DNA of 64,000 nt from an uncultured Bacilli bacterium (lineage in GTDB: Bacteria > Bacillota_I > Bacilli_A > RF39 > UBA660), in contig CAKOND010000001.1 of NCBI GenBank assembly GCA_934096945.1, forward strand, positions 72,048 to 136,047, written 5' to 3'. Both the position numbers and the translations under genes were made by a program. Of the stretch, positions 46,844 to 56,589 are shown piece after piece. The notes below the pieces were generated by a model. It was given only the letters and a program-made list of their open reading frames with translations, was not told where the DNA came from and did not search any database. Positions within the stretch are counted from its first letter, which is position 1. Each line of letters begins with the position of its first letter.

Positions 46844-47332
46844 TTATCCCAATTCCTTTTGTAATCTCTTTAAAGCTTCTAAAAAGGCTTCTTCCTTTTG
46901 AAAACTAATAACCCTAACTTCTAAATTAGATACTGAATTATTACTTTTATTTACTAAATTATCTAAATCAACCTTTTTAACAGATAAATCATCATGCATT
47001 TCTTCTTTTTCATAACTAAGTTCATAATTACTATTTCCCTTATTTAAAAGTTCATCATAACTAATTATTGCTTTATCTTCCTGATCTTTTTCATAATCTG
47101 TAAATTGTATCATTTTATCACTACTCTTCATATTATCCCTTAACTTTCTCGCTATTTCCATCTCTTGAGTCTCCCCAAATTTATCTTTCTCATTCTCTTC
47201 CAACTTATTTATCCTAATAAAATAAATAAGTATCACTACGAGTATCATAAGTATTAATATTGAAAAATAAAATACTATATCAACAAATCTAAGTGCCATT
47301 AAAAAATTATATATATCATTAAATATTTTCAT
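46844..47332 (-). CDS. Hypothetical single-pass membrane protein
   Basis: TM helix, then an acidic/Lys-rich tail. The start may be 47332 (after GGTGG) or 47350. Confidence 0.5.
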   Translation of the reverse strand: MKIFNDIYNFLMALRFVDIVFYFSILILMILVVILIYFIRINKLEENEKDKFGETQEMEIARKLRDNMKSSDKMIQFTDYEKDQEDKAIISYDELLNKGNSNYELSYEKEEMHDDLSVKKVDLDNLVNKSNNSVSNLEVRVISFQKEEAFLEALKRLQKELG

Positions 47333-47385
47333 ACCTACCACCAATACCATTATACTATTTATAGATTTTTATAAAAAGTATAAAA

Positions 47386-47453
47386 CGTCAATTTGACACA
47401 ATCGCATGTCAAATATTGACATTTATTATAACATCTAAAATGTCAAATGTCAA
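47386..47453 (-). promoter_or_regulatory. Consensus promoter with two palindromic TGTCAA/TTGACA operator-like sites
   Basis: Minus-sense TTGACA (47448-47453)-17-TATAAT (47425-47430). ATGTCAA-ata-TTGACAT (47406-47422) spans the predicted transcription start, and GTCAA-t-TTGAC lies at 47387-47397. Confidence 0.55.
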
Positions 47454-47480
47454 AAAAACTTAAGAATTTTCTTCTTAAGT
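47452..47480 (-). terminator. Intrinsic terminator of the 47480-48688 gene
   Basis: Minus-sense ACTTAAGAA-gaaaa-TTCTTAAGT followed by T7. The stem includes the stop codon. Confidence 0.75.
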
Positions 47481-48688
47481 TAATCTGTAACAATCTCATA
47501 AGGGTCTTCAATCGTTCCACTACCAATAACTTTAGCATTTTTTATAATATTTATAACAGGTCTAACACTTCTTAGTAAATCTCCACTTGTATTAGTAATT
47601 AAATTCCCATTTTCACCTACTAAAAAAGGATAATAAACATCATTTTTATATTCAGCACCAGTCATTAAATAATATGGTGTCTTAATTTTTTCATTATATA
47701 AATAGTAACTTTTATTTTCACTATTTGTTCCACCTGCGAGGGCAACCTCATCAGCTGTAAGAAGTCCAATTTTTGTATTTATTTTATTTCCTAAACATAC
47801 ATACATTGGTATTTTATTTGTTATAACTCTACTAAAACCAATATAATTAAAACTTGTTTCTTCTAAAACAGTATCATTACAAAATTTATAATAAGCTATA
47901 TAATCACTAAAACTATTTAAATACATATCATACCAATTATTTAAACTTTCATAAATTTTACTTTTTTCAAAATCTATATCATTTTCATAATATTTACTCA
48001 ATTCATCACTAGTTCCATCAAGAACTATTTTTACAGACCCATCTCCATTTATTTTAACTATTTTCCACATTTTTTCAGCAAATTTAACATTATTATTAGA
48101 AACAGCACCTCTAAAATAATAAGCTACTCCTAAATCATCTGTACTTTTTAAAAAGCCTTCATCTAGGACTGCAGCTTCTCCATTTTTAGTTAAACTTGCT
48201 TCATTTACTTTATTATTATTAAGTATAACAGATGCTAAAGTATTATTTTCATCATTCTTTTCCCCAATTTGAATTGTACCAGAATACTTTTCATTATCTT
48301 TAGTTATAAATTTAATAGTATAATTAACAGTTTCTTGAGCATTAATTGATACTTGATTAGAAATTATTTCTGACTTTAACTGATTAGTTATTTTTAAATT
48401 ATCAGAAGATGTAAGTTCATAAGAAACATCTTTAGCATATATATCTGTAAGTTGAATGTAATAATATTTAGTTTCATTATCATTATTAGTTACAGAAAAA
48501 GATAGTTCATTATTTCCATTTAAATTAAAATTTTTTCCCGTCAAATAATTAATAGTTATTTTACCATCAACTACAATATCAGCATCATTACTTATTTTAT
48601 CATAAAATATATATCCAACACCTAAAAAGGTACAAATCGCTATAAGCAAAAATATGAAACCAAGTGCAGACTTAAATCTTAATCGCAT
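47480..48688 (-). CDS. Surface-protein family, intact member 2 (divergent N-terminus)
   Basis: N-terminal TM anchor ending GVGYIFYDK. C-terminal module IGLLTADEVALAGG ... YYLMTG ... SVRPVINIIKNAKVIGSGTIEDPYEIVTD parallels 18192-19688. TTGACA-18-TATAAT promoter at 48722-48752. The ATG at 48688 was chosen for RBS spacing. Confidence 0.7.
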   Translation of the reverse strand: MRLRFKSALGFIFLLIAICTFLGVGYIFYDKISNDADIVVDGKITINYLTGKNFNLNGNNELSFSVTNNDNETKYYYIQLTDIYAKDVSYELTSSDNLKITNQLKSEIISNQVSINAQETVNYTIKFITKDNEKYSGTIQIGEKNDENNTLASVILNNNKVNEASLTKNGEAAVLDEGFLKSTDDLGVAYYFRGAVSNNNVKFAEKMWKIVKINGDGSVKIVLDGTSDELSKYYENDIDFEKSKIYESLNNWYDMYLNSFSDYIAYYKFCNDTVLEETSFNYIGFSRVITNKIPMYVCLGNKINTKIGLLTADEVALAGGTNSENKSYYLYNEKIKTPYYLMTGAEYKNDVYYPFLVGENGNLITNTSGDLLRSVRPVINIIKNAKVIGSGTIEDPYEIVTD

Positions 48689-49003
48689 GTGCATCATTCC
48701 TTTAATTTTCTAATATGATTATACTTTAGGATATGCTAAATTGTCAAGACAAATGAACAAAACTGTTAAAGACTTTTTAAAATGGTAGATAATGCATTTT
48801 ACTTTTTTTGCATAACATTACTTATGTGTTCAGATTGCTCTTCAACTTTGTTCTATCCCCTTAAATATACAACTATAGTACACATCTCTTCCTAAATATT
48901 TCAATAGGACATTTTAACTTATAATTCACATTTATGACAAGTCTTTTTGCATAAAAATTAAATAACTTAAGCAACAACTGAAGCTGAAGTTTTATAAACT
49001 AAA

Positions 49004-49399
49004 TTATTTATCTGATAACATATTAATTAAATCAATTTTAAATTCATATAGATTTGCATTTTTAACAGGTATGATCACATCTTTGTAAATAGTTAATTCA
49101 TTGTTATAACTTGCTAATAATAGATCTTGTGGCAAAAGACTTAATAAGTTGATATTGTTATCAACAATTTCAAATATTAATTTTATTGAACCGTATAATT
49201 TTTTTAATTTTAAATCAGTGGGCAACGCAATTTCATATATATCTTTTTTAAAATCAAGCAAATTGGCATAACTTAAATCTCCAGTTTTTAAATCTAAATA
49301 CACTTCTTTTAACTTTTTATAAGTCAATTCATTTAAATTTTTTAGCCCTTTTTCTAATATTTTATATTCTTCCTTATTTTGATAAGTAAATTCATACAT
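49004..49399 (-). CDS. Hypothetical protein (131 aa)
   Basis: ORF with an AAGGAG RBS. No motif recognised. Confidence 0.45.
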   Translation of the reverse strand: MYEFTYQNKEEYKILEKGLKNLNELTYKKLKEVYLDLKTGDLSYANLLDFKKDIYEIALPTDLKLKKLYGSIKLIFEIVDNNINLLSLLPQDLLLASYNNELTIYKDVIIPVKNANLYEFKIDLINMLSDK

Positions 49400-49532
49400 G
49401 AAAACCAAACTCCTTTTCTTAAGAAGAATTATATCACAAAATCGTCAGCTTAGAATAGTAAAACTAAAAAATTATAAAACAATTAAAATGCTGATGGAAA
49501 TGAAGGTTTAAAAAACTAGGCATTTACCTAGT

Positions 49533-50261
49533 TTAACAAGCCTTATCATCTTTACATGCTTTCAAATCTTTAATAGAATTAATAACTGTTTTATAAGTGC
49601 TTTTTAATTCTTTCTTTTGTTCATCATTTAATGCAGAATATGGGTCTTTTTGACTTTCTACAGTTGATGCATGGAAACCTTTAACATTTCTCTTTGAAAC
49701 AGCTACCAAAGTCGGAGCATATAATCTTTTAACTCCAGTGTCATACATATTTCCTGCTTCATCTGTTACATAAAATTTATCTAACTTTTTATCAAGTATT
49801 TTCAATATGTCGTAATAGGCATCTGTACCCTTTTTAGTTTGTTCAGGTTCAATACTTCCAGAGAATTTATAAGTATCACGCATATCTAAAATATCAACAT
49901 AATAAATCTTATCAACATTCAATTCTTTAGCTGCTTCAAGTAAAACTGGTACAGCATTTCTACACCAAGGACAAGAAGCAAAACCAAAATAAATAATTGC
50001 ATCTTCATTTTTCATGATTTCTACGATCTCTTGACCACTTTTATAAACTATTGGATTTTCTTCATCAATAGAAATTTCCATATATTGTTTTTCATTATTT
50101 TCATTTACTACTTCATTTAAACTTTCATATTCTTTCTTAAATTTAAGGGCATCCGTCAACTTTTCTTCTTTATGAGTTGCAATAGCATACACACATAAAC
50201 CAATTACTAATATTGTGCACACCAAAATTATTCCTAAATATATTTTATTACTTTTTTCCAT
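49533..50261 (-). CDS. Membrane-anchored thioredoxin-fold protein (CxxC)
   Basis: N-terminal TM anchor plus YFGFASCPWCRNAVPVL, a thioredoxin-like active site. Confidence 0.65.
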   Translation of the reverse strand: MEKSNKIYLGIILVCTILVIGLCVYAIATHKEEKLTDALKFKKEYESLNEVVNENNEKQYMEISIDEENPIVYKSGQEIVEIMKNEDAIIYFGFASCPWCRNAVPVLLEAAKELNVDKIYYVDILDMRDTYKFSGSIEPEQTKKGTDAYYDILKILDKKLDKFYVTDEAGNMYDTGVKRLYAPTLVAVSKRNVKGFHASTVESQKDPYSALNDEQKKELKSTYKTVINSIKDLKACKDDKAC

Positions 50262-50318
50262 AACTTTATCACTTCCATTAAAATAATATCATAATTAAAA
50301 AACTAGTGCAATAAAATT

Positions 50319-50855
50319 TTACCTATTTTTCATAAAACAGTCATTTTCATGTGAATTAATTAAACCAATCGCTTGCAAATATGAATAAACAATAACTGAT
50401 CCCACAAACTTCATACCACGCCCTTTTAAATCATTAGAAATAGCATCAGAAATATTTGAAGTCACTCTATTTATTTCATATATTGGATACTCTTTAAAAT
50501 ATTTAAGCAAATAGTTCTTAAAACCACTATATTCTAAAGAAATACTTTTAAATATTTTAGCATTATTTATACTTGCTTTAATCTTTAGTTTATTTCTAAT
50601 TATATTCTCATTATTTATTAATTTTTCTGTCTTTTCATCATCATATTTAATAATTTTATCAATATCAAAATTATCATATGCTTTTCTAAAAGCATCTCTT
50701 TTATTTAGAACACATTTCCAGGAAAGTCCTGCTTGAAAGCTTTCTAAAATAAGCATTTCAAATAAATAATGTTCATCTAAGTTTAGTACTCCCCATTCTT
50801 CATCATGATACCTTACATACAAAGGATTATCTTGGTTACACCATTTACATCTCAT
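50319..50855 (-). CDS. tag: DNA-3-methyladenine glycosylase I
   Basis: MRCKWCNQDNPLYVRYHDEEWGV and ILESFQAGLSW are Tag signatures. Confidence 0.88.
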   Translation of the reverse strand: MRCKWCNQDNPLYVRYHDEEWGVLNLDEHYLFEMLILESFQAGLSWKCVLNKRDAFRKAYDNFDIDKIIKYDDEKTEKLINNENIIRNKLKIKASINNAKIFKSISLEYSGFKNYLLKYFKEYPIYEINRVTSNISDAISNDLKGRGMKFVGSVIVYSYLQAIGLINSHENDCFMKNR

Positions 50856-51994
50856 GATACCATTTTCTTTCTAGATGCAATATTATTTAGAATAATAAAT
50901 ATAATAGCAAATATAATTAAAATTAACATATTAATCCATATTGGTTTTAGATTAGTAAATGATAAAACTTCAAGTTCTGCTAGAAAATCATTTGTATTTA
51001 TATACCAATATGCTGGTAGTATATGAGCTATTTTTATTACACTTTCAGGAAGCCATAAAGTAGGTATAAATGCTCCGCATAAAAATGCTTGTGCCAATGC
51101 AACCACGTTAACTATACCTGATACTGCTTCTTTATTTTTAACCAATGTGCTTATAAATAAAGCCATACATAAAGCTACAAATGAGAATATAAATGTATTT
51201 AGGATATATAATAAACCTCTTTCTGTAAACGTTAAAGAGCCAAATATTATAAAAGCTAAAATAGTGTATAAAATAACTACGAAAATAGAATATAAACTAC
51301 TTGCTATTAAAATGTATTTATTATGTTTTTTATAATCCATACTACTTACAATAATTCTCTTTCTAGTAGTTTCCTTATTAAAGCTAGATAAAACTAAACA
51401 TATAATAAAGAGAATAACAGCAATTAAAGTATAACTTGCAAAATTATAGTATCTTGAAAGTCTTGATAATTCTGTAGTATTTATTTTAGTAGTAAGTTCT
51501 ACTTTACTATTTTCATCAAGTGCATTATTTACTTTACTTAATAAAGTAGTTTTATCACTATATTCTTTACTTAATACTTTGATAGTTTTAATATATCTAG
51601 TTAAAAGCATTTCTGCTAAATTTGATGTATAATCCCCACTAGATTTAATTTCTATATTACCACTTTCACCATTTAAAATGCTTTCTTCATAACCATCAAG
51701 AATATATATTACATAACTTGCATCTCGATAAAATATAGCATCATCTATAGCTCTTTCAGTATTTTTTACATCTATTATATTAGCATTTTCTCTAAAATAA
51801 TTAACTAAATCATTAGAAAGAATTGTATTATCATTATTTACTATTATTATATCTGGCTTACTTTCTTTAAAAGTACTTGTTACATCATTACTACTCATAT
51901 TTATTGTACCAAATATTACGAGCATTATAGTAAATCCAATAATTGTACCTTTATATCTTTTTACTACTTTCCAAAATGTCTTAAATACTGTCAT
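50852..51994 (-). CDS. ABC-2-type transporter permease
   Basis: TM1, a large loop, then a five-TM architecture. Overlaps its neighbours by 4 and 14 nt. Confidence 0.7.
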   Translation of the reverse strand: MTVFKTFWKVVKRYKGTIIGFTIMLVIFGTINMSSNDVTSTFKESKPDIIIVNNDNTILSNDLVNYFRENANIIDVKNTERAIDDAIFYRDASYVIYILDGYEESILNGESGNIEIKSSGDYTSNLAEMLLTRYIKTIKVLSKEYSDKTTLLSKVNNALDENSKVELTTKINTTELSRLSRYYNFASYTLIAVILFIICLVLSSFNKETTRKRIIVSSMDYKKHNKYILIASSLYSIFVVILYTILAFIIFGSLTFTERGLLYILNTFIFSFVALCMALFISTLVKNKEAVSGIVNVVALAQAFLCGAFIPTLWLPESVIKIAHILPAYWYINTNDFLAELEVLSFTNLKPIWINMLILIIFAIIFIILNNIASRKKMVS

Positions 51995-53138
51995 ATTTTT
52001 GCCTCCTTAAACTGATACTTGAAATAAGTAACATTATAAGTGAAAATACAAGTAAACTTAAAATATTAAAAATATATCTACTTTCAAATCCATAATAATA
52101 TAGAGCATAGAAGCCATCTGTAATCATTGCAGCAGGATTTATCATGTTTAAGATAGGTATATTTTTATCAATTACATATTTCATAGTAATACCCATCATA
52201 CCTGATAAAAATGATAGAAACATGGTAACAGCTATTAGAATACCACTTTTAGCATTTTCATTTGTTTTTAAAATAGTGCCAATAATACATCCAAGTGATA
52301 AACCAGCAAGAGAACCAACAACAGCAAGAAGTGCAATTAACCAAATATTAGAGTTATAATCTATCTTTAAAATAAATATTGTATAGATAAATAAAAGAAT
52401 TAAACCGAGTATTTGCACAACTAAACTTGCAAGTAAACCGCTAAGTAAAAGTGTACTTTTAGGGATCGGAGCTGTACTATTTCTCTTACCTACACTACTC
52501 ATATTTGGCATATTTTTATTTATAATATACATTGATATTGCTCCACCATATAAAGCAGCCATAGCAATTAATGTATAATATTCAATCATTGTATAACTTA
52601 AATTACTTCTGGATATATTTTTAAATTCTATTGTTTCATTCAAACTATCCATTACATTACTTATTACCATTTGATAATCTAAATTACCTTTACTTATTTC
52701 CTCATTTACTGTATTTTCAATTATTTTTTTATTACTATTTACTTCATCTACAAAAAACTTAAGTATAGTTTCATATATACCATTATCATTTATAGTTATA
52801 TTTACATCACTATTATTAAATTCTAAGTAACCAGTTATTTCTTTATTTTCTAGCATTTTACTTGCATCTTTCTTATTTACCACTTTTACATTAAATAATT
52901 TATTATTACCATCTTTACTTGCTTCATTTATAGTTTCTTTAAATATAGTGTTATTATCATAATCAGGACTATCCACAACTGCAATATTAAAGGCATGAAA
53001 AGCTTCATTATTTTCAATATCTTTAAAGGCCATATGAAAAAATGTACCAAGTAATATTGGAAAAATAAATGTCCAGAAAATAAGGGATTTATTTCTAAAA
53101 AGTACTTTTAAAGAATATTTAAAATTATGAATAAACAT
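51981..53138 (-). CDS. ABC-2-type transporter permease (paralogous partner)
   Basis: Same architecture. Its start overlaps the ATPase stop. Confidence 0.7.
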   Translation of the reverse strand: MFIHNFKYSLKVLFRNKSLIFWTFIFPILLGTFFHMAFKDIENNEAFHAFNIAVVDSPDYDNNTIFKETINEASKDGNNKLFNVKVVNKKDASKMLENKEITGYLEFNNSDVNITINDNGIYETILKFFVDEVNSNKKIIENTVNEEISKGNLDYQMVISNVMDSLNETIEFKNISRSNLSYTMIEYYTLIAMAALYGGAISMYIINKNMPNMSSVGKRNSTAPIPKSTLLLSGLLASLVVQILGLILLFIYTIFILKIDYNSNIWLIALLAVVGSLAGLSLGCIIGTILKTNENAKSGILIAVTMFLSFLSGMMGITMKYVIDKNIPILNMINPAAMITDGFYALYYYGFESRYIFNILSLLVFSLIMLLISSISLRRQKYDSI

Positions 53139-54079
53139 TAATCTCTCAAATCCTTTCCAGTAAGCTCTAAGAACACATCATTAAGTGTTGGTCTTTCACT
53201 AAATATCTTAGAATAAGTAACTTTTTTAGAATGTAAAAAGCTAATTAATTCACCAAGATTATCTTTACCCTTTTTATAAGTAATTACTAAAATATTTCTA
53301 TTTTCTATAACACTATCAACAGTTTTAAATGTTTTTATTTCATCCACTACTTTAGGACTTATTTTCTTTACTTCTAAAGTTATTTTTTCTTCAAGTTTAG
53401 CAAGTGATTTTAACTCATCAGTTGTACCTTCTGCTAAAATTTTACCTTTATCAAGTATAATTATTCTGTCACAAATCATTTCTACTTCTTCCATATAATG
53501 AGTTGTATAAACAATCGTAGCTCCTTCATCACGTAGTTTTTTAATGCCATCTAAGATATTATTTCTACTTTGAGGATCTACCGCAACAGTTGGTTCATCT
53601 AAAAATATTAATTTAGGTTTATGAGCTATACCACAAGCAATATTAAGTCTTCTAAGAAGTCCTCCAGATAATTGTTTTGGATAAAACTTAGTAAACTCTT
53701 TCAAACCTACTAGATTTATGGCATCTTCTACATAGGACTTTCTTAAAAGTTTATCACTTACATAAAGACCACAGAAATAATCTATATTTTCGCAAACAGT
53801 AAGTTCTTCAAAAACTGCTACTTCTTGAAATATTACTCCAATATTTCTTTTAATATCATAAGCATCTGGCTTCATTTCTTTACCAAATATTTTAATTGTC
53901 CCTTTTTCAAACTTTAGCAAATTAAGTATAGAATTAATCGTCGTAGATTTACCACTTCCATTTGGTCCAAGTAATCCTAGAATTTCTCCTTCATAAACAT
54001 CAAAAGACAAATCATCTATTGCTTTTAAATTCTTATAACTTTTGCTTAAGTTTTTTACTTCAATTATTTTTTTCATCAT
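53138..54079 (-). CDS. ABC transporter ATP-binding protein
   Basis: GPNGSGKSTT, LSGGLLRRLNIA and LIFLDEPTVAVD. Confidence 0.88.
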   Translation of the reverse strand: MMKKIIEVKNLSKSYKNLKAIDDLSFDVYEGEILGLLGPNGSGKSTTINSILNLLKFEKGTIKIFGKEMKPDAYDIKRNIGVIFQEVAVFEELTVCENIDYFCGLYVSDKLLRKSYVEDAINLVGLKEFTKFYPKQLSGGLLRRLNIACGIAHKPKLIFLDEPTVAVDPQSRNNILDGIKKLRDEGATIVYTTHYMEEVEMICDRIIILDKGKILAEGTTDELKSLAKLEEKITLEVKKISPKVVDEIKTFKTVDSVIENRNILVITYKKGKDNLGELISFLHSKKVTYSKIFSERPTLNDVFLELTGKDLRD

Positions 54080-54655
54080 TTATTCTCCTTCTTTATTATT
54101 TTCCAAAAGTACTAAAGCTCTAAACTCACTTGATAAAAGCTCACTTATTTCTTCATCATTTAAATTAACAGCTTTACATGCAATTAAAGTAGCTAGTCCA
54201 TGAGTAAATAACCACATCTTAACATGAAATGATTTTAAGTTTTTCCCCGTTAAACTAGTACTCATATTTATATATTTTTCTACTTCATCAAAATTACCAT
54301 CCGCATTATCAATAAATTCACTTATTGAAAAATTAGTTTTACTCATAAATAACACTTTAAATATATTATTTTCTTTCTTAGCAAACTTTATATAATTAAT
54401 ACCTGTCTGCTTATACTTTGGCATTTCATCATTCATATTATTTGTTATAAAATCATAAAAATATTTTATCATTTTCTTATTTAATTCATTTAATAACTCT
54501 TCACTATTTTCAAACTGATAATATATTGGTCTTATAGAACAATTTAACTTCTTAGCAATTTCTCTATTACTTACCTTTTCTATACCATCATTTCTAACTA
54601 TTTCAAGTGCTGCCTTAAGTATATCATCTTTACCTATTTTTATTTGCTTTGGCAA
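54080..54655 (-). CDS. TetR/AcrR-family transcriptional regulator
   Basis: N-terminal HTH ILKAALEIVRNDGIEKVSNREIAKKLNCSIRPIYYQF. TTG start after an AGGTGA RBS. First gene of the ABC-2 operon. Confidence 0.8.
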   Translation of the reverse strand: MPKQIKIGKDDILKAALEIVRNDGIEKVSNREIAKKLNCSIRPIYYQFENSEELLNELNKKMIKYFYDFITNNMNDEMPKYKQTGINYIKFAKKENNIFKVLFMSKTNFSISEFIDNADGNFDEVEKYINMSTSLTGKNLKSFHVKMWLFTHGLATLIACKAVNLNDEEISELLSSEFRALVLLENNKEGE

Positions 54656-54719
54656 TCTATCACCTTCTTATAGCTAAATTGTATCACGCGATACATTATT
54701 TGTAAAGAAAAAAAGAACA

Positions 54720-55156
54720 TTACTTTTTAAACCACATATACATTCCATCTTCAGCAACATTCTTTTTTACTTTGAAACCAAAAGATTCATAAAATAATTG
54801 CTTCTCTAGTGCAGACTACTATTGTATCATCACCTCTTCCCCATCTTTTAAATCTTTTCTCATATAATCTAGCAAAGAATTAATTAAAAGTCTTCCATAG
54901 CCTTAACCTTGATACTCTTGAACTACCACAACATCCATGATTAATACCGCATAACATTCATCCGTTACAAATCTTGCCATACCAATTGTGTTATTATTTA
55001 TCACACATTTAACATTAATACCATTTTCTAAAGATTTTCTAAGTAATCTTTCTGATGGTATTTTCCATCCCCTGCATTTAAAATAGTAATAAATTCTTCA
55101 ATTTTCAAATTATTATATAAAATCATATAATAACCGATATTCACACTATACCTCAT
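54720..55156 (-). pseudogene. GNAT-family acetyltransferase pseudogene
   Basis: There is no ORF in the track. My translation gives MRYSVNIGYYMILYNNLKIEEF ..., then VVVQEYQG*GYGRLLINSLLDYMRK ... and FYESFGFKVKKNVAEDGMYMWFKK*, interrupted by in-frame stops and frameshifts. Confidence 0.6.
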
Positions 55157-55177
55157 TTAGTCCAAAAGAAAAAGATG

Positions 55178-55420
55178 TTAAAACATTTTTTCAACATCTT
55201 TAGGAACTTTATCATCTACAATTTTACTTATTATTTTTTTCTTTTGTTCATCGGTTACTTTCTTACCCGTCATTTTACTTAAAGTATCAATTACCTCCAT
55301 CAAAGTTTTTTCATCCTTCATATTTCCTTTTTGTAGTTTTTCTGCCAGACTTATGATAGTATTCTTATCCACTTTAGTTTTCTTTTCTACCTTTTTAAAG
55401 AATTCATCCCCAAATTTCAT
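55178..55420 (-). CDS. spoVIF: Stage VI sporulation protein F-like
   Basis: 80 aa. FFKKVEKKTKVDKNTIISLAEKLQKGNMKDEKTLMEVI ... KIVDDKVPKDVEKMF parallels B. subtilis SpoVIF. Confidence 0.65.
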   Translation of the reverse strand: MKFGDEFFKKVEKKTKVDKNTIISLAEKLQKGNMKDEKTLMEVIDTLSKMTGKKVTDEQKKKIISKIVDDKVPKDVEKMF

Positions 55421-55505
55421 ATGCTATCCTCCTAAGATAGTATATGCCAAATTTGACAAATGCGCCCATTTGCTATATAATACTCGCAACAAATGGGGTG
55501 TTGGT

Positions 55506-56324
55506 ATGGTTACTTTTGAAGACATAAAAGATGTTTTTAATAAAACAAATGATATAGAGCTAAGTAAAATATATACAAAAAGGCAAAAAACAAACATTGA
55601 TATAAACAAAGAAGCATGCAAAGAAATTCTTCTTGATTTTCCTTGTGATGCATCAACAGTTCCTCATAACTATGATGATATAGAAAAAATAAATTATTTA
55701 ATAATCATGTATCTAAACTGTGGGCATCCATATATTATCAAAAGAGTCAAAGAAATTCTTCATAAATACAACTATCGCCTAAACTCTGAACTTTTAAAAA
55801 CTATGCAAAGAACAGACTTTTATTTTAGCGGCGACATAAAACCAGAAGCTTACCAAATTTTAGCAAGCGGAGCTTTTTCAATCAAAGAAAGAAAAGAAAT
55901 TACAAATAAACATGTTCTTCTAGGATCAACCATCGGAGATATAAATATATATCCATTAGACACATACTTCGGTTTTGAAAGAGTTGATACTAGTAAAAGA
56001 CGCGGTTTTTGTCATAATCTAACTAGTGATATTCTTAAATACAATTTCCATCTTTATGGAGCATATTACTATATACCTTTTGAATTTAAAGGTTACATGG
56101 AACATTCAGTATTAATTGACCCAACTGAAAACCTAGTACTAGACTTTGCTAACAATATCGTAGTGCCTTTTGATATTTGGCAAAAGTATTATAACGCTCC
56201 AACTATATGCATAAATGGTAAAGATTTTAATGAATTAAGCAAAAGATGTAAAGATGAGCTTGATATTAATCTTACAACATGTACATTAGATAGCGTAAGA
56301 AGAATTAGAAAGAAATCGTATTAA
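55506..56324 (+). CDS. Hypothetical protein (272 aa) with a possible Cys-His-Asp hydrolase core
   Basis: The ATG at 55506 follows GGGGTG; the longer track ORF overlaps spoVIF. RRGFCHNLTSD ... YMEHSVLIDPTENLVLDFAN resembles the C/H/D spacing of transglutaminase-like cores. Weak. Confidence 0.45.
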   Translation: MVTFEDIKDVFNKTNDIELSKIYTKRQKTNIDINKEACKEILLDFPCDASTVPHNYDDIEKINYLIIMYLNCGHPYIIKRVKEILHKYNYRLNSELLKTMQRTDFYFSGDIKPEAYQILASGAFSIKERKEITNKHVLLGSTIGDINIYPLDTYFGFERVDTSKRRGFCHNLTSDILKYNFHLYGAYYYIPFEFKGYMEHSVLIDPTENLVLDFANNIVVPFDIWQKYYNAPTICINGKDFNELSKRCKDELDINLTTCTLDSVRRIRKKSY

Positions 56325-56346
56325 TTACATTAAAATTTCTTAAAAT

Positions 56347-56379
56347 AAATAAACAGATATTCAAAGTATCTGTTTATTT
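56347..56379. terminator. Bidirectional terminator
   Basis: 13-bp stem AAATAAACAGATA-ttcaaag-TATCTGTTTATTT. Confidence 0.75.
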
Positions 56380-56546
56380 ACATATTGCAAATGAAAAAAA
56401 TCTGTAGTATATGTTATTGCACTTAAATTAGCAGATGTTGGACTTCCCCCTTGAGCTTGAAAATATACTAAAGTAGCACTAAATATTAATACCCAAAAAG
56501 TTACAATAGCAATAACACTTAACACTTTAGTTTTTCCACTTTCCAT
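56361..56546 (-). pseudogene. Truncated N-terminal relic of the surface-protein family
   Basis: MESGKTKVLSVIAIVTFWVLIFSATLVYFQAQGGSPTSANLSAITYTTDFF aligns with the other N-termini. Homology then ends, the last codons are the terminator stem, and no RBS is visible. Confidence 0.6.
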
Positions 56547-56589
56547 AAAAATTTCTATTTCTTTCTACATTTATTTTATATTATATCCT

